Assembly (NCBI RefSeq): GCF_009914755.1
Contig: NC_060934.1
DNA length: 64,000 nt
DNA from: the human T2T-CHM13v2.0 reference genome, Homo sapiens
Direction: 5' to 3' (one strand)
Shown here: positions 54,740 to 64,000 of the stretch, one piece after another
Layout of the letters: every line of letters begins with the position of its first letter
Position numbering within the stretch: position 1 is the first letter of the stretch
The notes under the pieces: model-generated
What the model was told of the DNA's origin: nothing
The model's database searches: none
What the model saw: only the letters and a program-made list of their open reading frames with translations
Made by a program: the position numbers and the translations under genes

Positions 54740-56164
54740 AGGGAATCCCTTAATACATCCCTTATTCAACATATGCAATTTATCTTTTGGAGATACTATA
54801 GAGTGTGAAGATATGAATGAGCTTTAATAAGCTGCCTAGATGTAGATCCATGATTGTTGAAAAACTGTTATTAGGATCCACTCAACTACCTGCTCAGTTA
54901 CTATCATCAGGTATATCTCTATGAGGTACATTATTAGCTGAGGCCTGTTCATTTTCTAAAAGGAGCTGTGGTTCTCCAGGGGTGGTTTAATGAGTTCCTA
55001 TCTAAGAAGTCAATCAGTTCATTGTTAAACTGGTATTTTATGCCTGTTATCCAAAGGCCCAATTTCTGTAGAGGCCAGCAGCCAAAATCTTTTTCTCCAT
55101 TTCTCCATCTCTCATCCAACTCACTGATATTTCTAGATTTTAGTAGCTTTATCTTCTTAGACTTCCATTAACTACTTTTGTTTCTTTGATATCTGCTACC
55201 ATAGTTTAACCCCAAATTGATGGCCTCCTTCTTTGCAGCATAATTCTTGGTCTGTGCCTGCCATGTCCTGTGCCGTCATCCACTAGATCTTGGCATGATA
55301 TTAGGAAATGTTTGAAATTTATCCACAGACTTTTAAAGGTTCTCATTATGGAGATCATCTTGTAATGTACTTTTTGGTTCTATTGTTGTAGGTGCTAAGT
55401 ATGTAAACAGTATCTCTTTTTTCTATATTCTCTTGGCACTCTATGCCTATTCTGACATTGTACTTTTTTAATTCTCATCTTCTAAGTTAGCCATCTCCTC
55501 CATTAGACTGCAAACTCCTGTAGGTTAGGGGATGTGTCATCTATCTCTTAACCTCAGTCCAAAACCTAATGCAGGCACAGAGAAGACAGTGTTTCTTGAA
55601 TGAGTGAATAACAAAGCTAATGCTCTCACATTTTTAATAGCCTTTCTTAATATTGTCAGATGATCAGCACTAGAATGAATCATAAACACCCACCACAAAT
55701 GTCACATAAAGCTAAATTTACACCTAAGAGAAAACTTGAATCAATGAATATGGCAATTTAAGGCAAAACATCATCAACTGAAAATGTTCCTGTTTTCTAA
55801 CCTATTGCTATTAGCTGAAGTTAGTTTAAAGAGAACCCTGCCCGGTAACATTGACAATGTTTGTTAGCATTTTTAAAATATTTGAAAATTATATTAAAAT
55901 TTAACCCACATCCATAAGACTGTCAAAATCTTAATTATATGTTGTTTCTGTGATTTTATTTTTACACACAAATACAACCACAAAGATGAAGATAGAAATC
56001 TTTCTCAGCATCCGAGCAGGATCCTGTACCTTCTCAGTCAACAATACCTATGTGCATCCACTCTGACAAAAGTAATACCTCTTCTGACTTCTATAACTAT
56101 ACATTAATTTTGCTGTTCTTGAACTTACTCAATTAAATCAGTTTGTACTCTTGTGTCTAGCAGT

Positions 56165-56480
56165 GCAGGGGGTGTTAAATGAAGAGATGTAGGTCACGGA
56201 GTACAAAGTTACAGTTATATAGGATGAATAAGTCTAGAATCTAATATACAATATGAGGATTATGGTTATTAATATTGTATTATATACTGGAAATGTGCTA
56301 AGAGAGTAGATTTTAAGTGCTCTTACCACACCAAAAAAAGTAGGGGAAGGAGGAGTAACCATGTGAGGGGATGGAGATGTTAATTTGCTTGACTTTAGTA
56401 AAGATTTCACTATTTATATATACATTAAAACATCATGTTATACCTCATAAATATATTCAATAACAGCTAAAAGGGAAAAG
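56165..56480 (+). mobile_element. L1MA/MB 3' end
   Basis: GTACAAAGTTACAGTTA...GCTAAGAGAGTAGATTTTAAGTGCTCTTACCAC. Confidence 0.82.
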
Positions 56481-57102
56481 AAGTTCTTAATATGATGTAA
56501 TTCAATTTATCAATTACTTCAAACCTTTTCTTTATGGCTAATGCTTTTTATTTTCAGTTTAATAAATCTTTTCCTACCTCATGTTTGTGAAATTTTTTCT
56601 AGAAGCTGTATTGTTTTATCATTTATATCTATAATCCATCTGGAATTTCTTTGTATGTATATGGCATGAAGTAAGGTTCAAGGTTCATGTTGTAGTATAT
56701 GGATATCAATGAACTCAGCACCATTAATTTAAAATTTAAGAATCCTTTTCCTATCATATTGCCATGGCACATTTATTGAAGTCAAGTGACTACGTGTGTG
56801 TGATTGTTTCTGAATTTTCTATTCTCCTTAATGCATCAAGTTTGTCAAATTTTGTGCTAACAAAGCACTTCTTAATTATTAGAACATCATAATACATCAT
56901 AAAACCTGATATGAAGTCCCTTAGTTCTTCCAGCGTGTTCTAGAATCTCATTGTCAACTTCTAGGAATGATGGACTTTTTAATAGGATTGCATTGTATGT
57001 ATAGATCAATCAGGGATAAATCAGTATTTTAAAAATATTGAGACCTCCCATCCATTAATATATTATTTTTCTGCATTTATTTTGATCTTTAAATTCTCTT
57101 AG

Positions 57103-57449
<347 letters not shown>

Positions 57450-58374
57450 ACATCTTTCAATACATTTATTTTCAGTTACTTAAGGTATTTGGTGGCATTG
57501 TGACTATGATCTCTTTATCTTAATTTTTAATTGATTATTGCTAGAATATAAAAACAAAATTAATTTTATATTGACCTTATATCTGGTGAAATTGTTAATT
57601 ATACTTATTAATTTTAATAATTTTTAGGGCCCTTTAGAATTTTTATGTACTTAAGGATATGTGCATATTAAAATTCTACTTCTCTATTTGAAATATATCT
57701 ACCATTGATTGGTTGATGATTGTTTGGCTAGCAAGATGAATATGATATTGAATAGAAATGGTAATAATTTAAAATATTGTATGGGGAAAATTGGCTCAAG
57801 AGCAGGGGGAAAGGTTTTATTATTTCACTGTGAAGTATGCTGTTTACTGGAGTTTTTCTTGCCAATCACTTTATTATATTAATTTTTTAAATTCCTAATT
57901 TGCTGACATTTTAACAACACGAATAGGTTTTGAATTTTATTATATGCCTTTCCACATCTTGCAATATGGTCACGTTTTTCTCCTCTGTTCTGTCAATATT
58001 AACTAATTATCAAATGTGAAGCTAATTTTACCTTCCTAGAACAAACTCCACTTGAACAAAACATTTTATTTTATTATAGTGTTGAATCTGATTTGTTTAT
58101 ATTTTGTTTAGGATTTTTGCAAGTATATTCATGAGATATCCTGTCTTTTAATTCCCTTTTGTATAATGTCCTTAATGGATTTTGAAATCAAGGTTAAAGT
58201 GGCACCATAAAGCAAGCTGATAAGAGTTCACCCTTTCTCTATATTCTGGGGGAGTTCGTGTAAGATTAGTGTTATTTCTTCCTTATTTGTTTGAATGAAA
58301 TAACCACTGACATTACTTGGATCTGGAGTTTACTTTATGGGAAGCTTTATTTACTATTTATCAACCTATTTAGA

Positions 58375-58678
58375 TTTCTTTCTTTCTTTCTTTCTTTTAG
58401 ATGGAATCTCGCTCTGTCACCCGGGCTGGAGTGCAGTGGCGTGATCTTGGCTCACTGCAACCTCTGCCTCCCAGGTTCAAGTGATTCTCTTGTCAGCTTC
58501 CCGAGTAGCTGGGATTACAGGTGTGTGCCACCATGCCTGGCTAATGCTTGTATTTTTGGTAGAGACGGGGTTTCACCATGTGACCCAGGCTGGTCTCAAA
58601 CTCCTGATCTCAAGTGATACTCCCACCTTGGTCTCCCAAAGTGCTGGGGATTATTGGTGTGAGCCACCGTGCCCAGCC
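58375..58678 (-). mobile_element. AluS (Sx/Sz-like)
   Basis: Full dimer with a (TTTC)n tail. Confidence 0.92.
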
Positions 58679-59148
58679 AGTTTATTTCTTTTTGTGTTTG
58701 TTTTGGTACGTTGTGTTTTTCAAATACTTTATTCATTGCATCTGAATTTTCAAATCTATTGATATAAATTTGTTTTATTATTGTATTACTCTTATCATTT
58801 TGCTATCTGTTAGATCTATATTAATGTCCTCTTCTTGATTTCTGATATGGGTAATTTTTGTTTTCTTTCATTGTCCTTGATCAAACTTACTAGAAGTTTA
58901 TCAGGTTTATTAATTGTTAAAAGCAAATTTGAGTTATTCTTTTGTATATTTTGCTTTATTTCTGCTTATATACACACATATATATGTGTACATATATTTG
59001 AAACTTTTTATTCCCCTATAATCACTGCTTTAGCTGCATCTCACACGTTTTGATATGACCCACTCATTACCACTTAGTTTAACTTTTAAAATATCTCCAT
59101 TGTTATTTCTTTTTTGATTCATGAGTTATTAAAAAGTATTATATGTAA

Positions 59149-59589
59149 TCCTTCCTTCCTTCCTTCCTCCCTCCCTCCCTGTTTTCCTTCCTTCCTTCCT
59201 TCCTTCCTTTTCTCTTTCTTTCTTCCTTCTTTTCCTGCCTTTCTTCCTTTCTCTCTTTCTTTCTCTCTCTCTCTCTTTCTTTCTTTTTTTCTTTTTTTTT
59301 TGAAACGGGCTTTCCTGTCGCCCAGGTTAGAGTGCAGTGCAGTGGTGTGATCACTTCTTGCTGCAGCTTTGACCTTCTGGGCTCAAGTGATCATCCCACC
59401 TCAGCCTCCTGAGTAACTGGGACTACATATGGGCACTACTACGCCTGGCTAATTTTTTTCAGTTTTTGTAGAGACGGGGCCCCAGTATGTTGCTGCCTAG
59501 GCTGGTCTTCAACTCCTGGTCTCAAGCGATCCTCCCAGCTTGGCCTCCCAAAGTGCTGGGATTACAGGTGTGAGCCACTGCACCTAGAC
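59149..59589 (-). mobile_element. AluJ with tail expanded into (CCTT)n/(CT)n repeat (59149-59300)
   Basis: GGGCTCAAGTGATCATCCCACCTCAG and CTCAAGCGATCCTCCC. Confidence 0.9.
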
Positions 59590-60733
59590 AAGTATTTCTA
59601 ATTATGTTTTTAAATTTTTGTAGTTTTCTTTCATTGCAATCAGAAAGAATGTTGTACAAATTCAATTATTTGAAATTCATTGAAACTTGCTTAATGGCCT
59701 TTGCTATGATCAATAATGGTAAATGTTCCAAGCACACTTGAATTAATGTGTATTCTGTAATATTTACCCTTAGTGTTTTTTATATATATAGTGTTTTATA
59801 TATATAGTGTTCATTAGGTCAAGTTTGTTAATTATGTTGTTCAAATATTCTATAATTTTATTAATTTTTTTGGCTTAATTTGTACTTACTAAGAGAGGTG
59901 TATCAAAATTGTCAATCATATGTGTGTGTTTCTCCTTGATTTGTTTTCGATTTGTTATTGACTTTCTGAAGATGTGTTATTAGGGTCAAATATACATAGA
60001 ACTGCCATATCATCTTTTAAAATTTATTCTTTCATTATTGTGAATTCTCCTTTATGTTATTTTTTGCCTAAAATCGACTTTGTATATTAATATAGTTTTG
60101 CCTTTTTTTAACTTGTACTGTATTTATTTTCCATTTTTTGCCTTCAATGTACCCTAAAGTCTGTCTTTTAAAACACCACATTGTTTCTTTCTGCCTGTCA
60201 TTCTTTGTCTTTCTTATAAATTCAGCTTTTTATTTTGAGATAACTGTAGATTCACAGTAGTGGTGATAAATAAATACAGGGTATTCCCATGTACTCTTTG
60301 GCCAGTTTCCCCCAATGGTAACATCTTGCAGAATTACAATCAGGATATTGATATTATGACATCTTGACATAAAGTCACAATATGGAACATTCTCATCACC
60401 GCAAAGATCTTTATGCTGTCCTTTAAAATATATATTTTTAATTGACAAATAATAATTGCATATATTTATAGGATCTGTTGCACAATGTGGTCATTATAGT
60501 TAAAAATAATGTACAGTATATTTCAAAATTGCTAAAAGAATTAATTTTTTTACTTTAAAAAGATTTATTTATATATTGTGCCTATTTATGGTAGATGTGA
60601 GATTTTGATACATTCTTACAATATGTAATGATCAAATCAGCGCATTTAAAATATCCATCACCTTGAATGTTTATCATTTCTTTGTGTTGGGAACATTTTG
60701 AATATTCTCTTCTAGCTATTTTGAAATTTGCAG

Positions 60734-61126
60734 CAGATGGTACATATACACTGTGGAATACTATGCAGTCATAAAAAGAAACAAAATCATTTCTTTGCAG
60801 GGACATGGATGGAGCTGAAAGCCATTATTCTCAGCAAACAGACATAGGAACAGAAAACCAAATACCACATGTTCTCACTTATAAGTGGGAGCTGAATGAT
60901 GAGAACACATGGACACATGGAGGGGGAACAACACAGAGTGGGGCCTGTTGGAGCATTGGGGGTGGGAGGAAGGAGAGCATGAAGAATAGCTAATGGATGA
61001 TGGGCTTAATATCTAGGTGATGGGATGATCTCTGCAGCAAATCACCATAGCACACTTTTACCTATGTAACAAACCTGCACATCCTGTGCATGTACCCCAA
61101 AACTTAAAAGTTGGAAATAAAAAAAA
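60734..61126 (+). mobile_element. 5'-truncated older L1PA 3' end
   Basis: GGAATACTATGCAG...GTTCTCACTTATAAGTGGGAGCTGAA...TATGTAACAAACCTGCAC, then poly(A). Perfect 11-bp TSD GAAATTTGCAG (60723-60733, 61127-61137). Confidence 0.9.
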
Positions 61127-61426
61127 GAAATTTGCAGTATATTGTTGTTAACTGTAGTCACCCTACTGTGCTAGCAAACAGTAGAACTTACTCCTGTGTA
61201 GCTGTATATTTGTACCCATTAACCAACCTCGCTTCATGCCTGTCACCCTTCCTAGCCTCTGATAACTATAATTCTACTCTCTACTACCATGAGATTAATT
61301 TTTTAAGCTCCCACAAATGAGTGTGAACATGTGATATTTGTCTTTCTGTGCCTGGCTTATTTCACTTAACGTGATGACCTCCAGTTCCATTTATGTTGCT
61401 GCAGATGACAGGATTTCATTCTCTTT

Positions 61427-61736
61427 AAAATTATTTTATATATATATATATATTTTTTTTTAAGACAGAGTCTCACTCTGTCACCCAGGCTGGAATGTCA
61501 CCCAGTGGTACGATTTAGGCTCACTGCAACCTCTACTTCCCGGGTTCAAGCAATTCTCTTGCTGAGTAGCTGGGACTATAGGTGCATGCCACCACACCCA
61601 GCTAATTTTTGCATTTTTAGTAGAGATAGGTTTCGCCTTGTTGGCCAGGCTGGTCTCAAACTCCTGACCTCAAGTGATTTGTCTACCATGGCCTCCCAAA
61701 GTGCTGGGATTACAGGCGTGAGCCACTGTGCCAGTC
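61427..61736 (-). mobile_element. AluS with (TA)n tail, nested in L1MA
   Basis: Full dimer with a small internal duplication of TGTCACCCAG. Confidence 0.9.
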
Positions 61737-62764
61737 TTTGATTCTTTTTTTATGGCTGAATAGCAGTATTTCATTGTATATATATACCACATTAAAAAAA
61801 ATCCATTCACTCATTGACGGACACTTAATTTGATTCCTCATCTCAGCTATCATGAATAGTACTGCAATAAACATGAGGGTGCAGGTATTCCTTTGATATA
61901 CTGATTTCCTTTCCTTTGAATAAAGACTCAGTAGTGGGATCTCTGGATCATATGGTAGTTCTATTTTTCATTTTCTGCAAAGTCTCTATATTGTTATCCA
62001 TGATGGCTGTACTACTTTACATCCCACCTACAGCCTATGAGAGCTCCCTTTTCTCTGCATCCTCAACAGCATTTCTTATTTTGTGTCTTTTTGATAATAG
62101 CCATTCTAACTGCAATAAGATGATGTCTCATTGCAGCTTTGACTTGCATTTCCCTGACGATTAGTGATGTTGAGCATTTTTTCATATACCTGTTGGTATT
62201 TTGAATGTCCTAAAAGAATTTATTTTTATTGTTTTCACTACAAAGAAAAGTATGTGAGGTGCTAGGTATGTTAATTAGCCTGATGTAATCATTCCACAAT
62301 GCATACATGTATCATGTTGCCCTTGTATAGACACCACATACTCTCCTTAATTCCTAGAAACCGTTAATTTGTTCTCCATTTATATAACTGCATCATTTCA
62401 AGAATGTTATATAAAAAATGTACAATATAAACCTCTTGAGAATGGCATTTTTTACTCTGCATGATTCTATGGCAATTAATTTAGATCATTGTGTGTATTC
62501 AGCACTGTAATCCAATTCCTCTGCATATTTGCCAGCATTTGATGTTGTCACTATTTTTAACTTTGGCCATTAAAATAGGTGTATAGTGACCTCACATTAT
62601 GGGTTAAATTTGCATTTCTCTTATGGATAATAACTTTAAGCATTTTTTGAAATCTGTGTATCTTCAGTGAAATGACTCTTCATGTCTCTTGCCCATGTTC
62701 TAATTAAATTGTTTGATTTTACATTGTTGAGTTTTGAGTGTTCTTTACATATTTTAGATACTAG

Positions 62765-63158
<394 letters not shown>

Positions 63159-63692
63159 TTGAACAAACATCTTCAGTTTTGTGGAAATATGATTTGGTGT
63201 CAGTTCTAATAACTCTTTGCCTAATCCTGGAGTCCCAAGATTTTCTCCTATTCTTTGAAAAAGTATTATAATTTTACACTTTACATTTATGTTCATGACT
63301 TAATTTGAGTTAATTTTTGCCAAAGGTGTTGGGCTTAGGTCAAACTTATTTCATTTTATTTGTATTTTGAATAGATATTCAATTGCTCCAGAACTATTAG
63401 TTGAAAGGCTCTGACCTTTGTTTTATTTCTGATTCTGATAACTTTGTCTTTTCTCTTTTTTTCCTTTGTTGGTCTTCCTATGGGTTGTCAATTTTTTTAT
63501 ATTTTCAAAGAACCAGCTCTTTGTTTCATTGATGTTTTCTACCATTTTCTGTTTTCAACTTCATTGATTTCTGCTCTTATAATTATCATTTGTATATTTA
63601 TTCTTACTTTGAGTTTATTTTTCTGTTCTGTTTCTAGGTTCGTGAGATAAGAGTTTAGATTTTTGATTTGTGATTTTTCCTCTTTTCTAACA

Positions 63693-64000
63693 CAGTCATG
63701 CAACACTTAATGGTGGGGATAGGTTCTCAGAAATGCTTCCTTAGGATATTTTGTAGTTGTGCAAACATCTAGGCACAAGCCTAGATGGTATCGCCTACTA
63801 CACACCTAGGCTCTAGGCTATGTGGCATAGCCTATTGCTCCTAGGCTACAAACCTATACAGCATGCTACTGTACTGAATACTGTAGGCAATTCTAACACA
63901 ATGGTAAGTATTTGTCCATCTAAACATATTTAAAGATAGAAAAGGTACAGTAAAAATACTGTATAAAATATTATAAAATAGTAAAACTGAGTAGGGCACT
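63693..64000. mobile_element. Tigger3 (MER7-type) DNA transposon, runs off window end
   Basis: CAGTCATG terminus; GCCTACTACACACCTAGGCT...GCCTATTGCTCCTAGGCTACAAACCT...AGAAAAGGTACAGTAAAAATAC. Confidence 0.88.

Larger units (their letters stand above)
60550..62210 (-). mobile_element. L1MA 3' fragment nested in the inverted L1
   Basis: GTAATGATCAAATCAG...CTGTGCCTGGCTTATTTCACTTAAC...GATGTTGAGCATTTTTTCATATACCTGTTGG. TSD TAAAAGAATT(A/T)ATTTTT (60533-60549, 62211-62227). Confidence 0.8.
60425..62313 (-). mobile_element. short L1MA 3' end with 5' inversion (pieces ~60425-60549 and ~62211-62313)
   Basis: Extreme 3' end on minus (TTTTTAATTGACAAATAATAATTG...) joined to its upstream segment in plus orientation. 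Degenerate TSD ATG(C/T)TG(T/C)CCTT. Confidence 0.65.

Overview
Primate DNA, very likely human. It contains coding exon 1 of SORCS1 (VPS10-domain sorting receptor) on the minus strand at 46912-47469, inside a CpG island promoter (~46900-47990). About 47 kb of intron 1 lies to the left and about 16 kb of upstream DNA to the right. The rest is interspersed repeats (Alu, MIR, L1, L2, MaLR/ERV1 LTRs, hAT and Tigger DNA transposons), simple repeats and unique non-coding DNA. All other ORFs in the track look like repeat-derived or GC-rich artefacts. I found no evidence for a new multi-gene system. The points worth checking are regulatory or evolutionary: an in-frame 5-codon uORF and a strong-context CUG upstream of the SORCS1 ATG; a near-perfect 3x58-bp intronic tandem repeat with E-boxes; a THE1 provirus with an inverted THE1A LTR nested inside it; a sense-oriented ERV1 solo LTR with intact TATA-like and poly(A) signals; a MIR carrying three clustered template-switch scars; and a five-layer nested L1/Alu stack. 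Repeat subfamily names come from remembered consensus sequences and need RepeatMasker/Dfam confirmation. Boundaries of old repeats are approximate.
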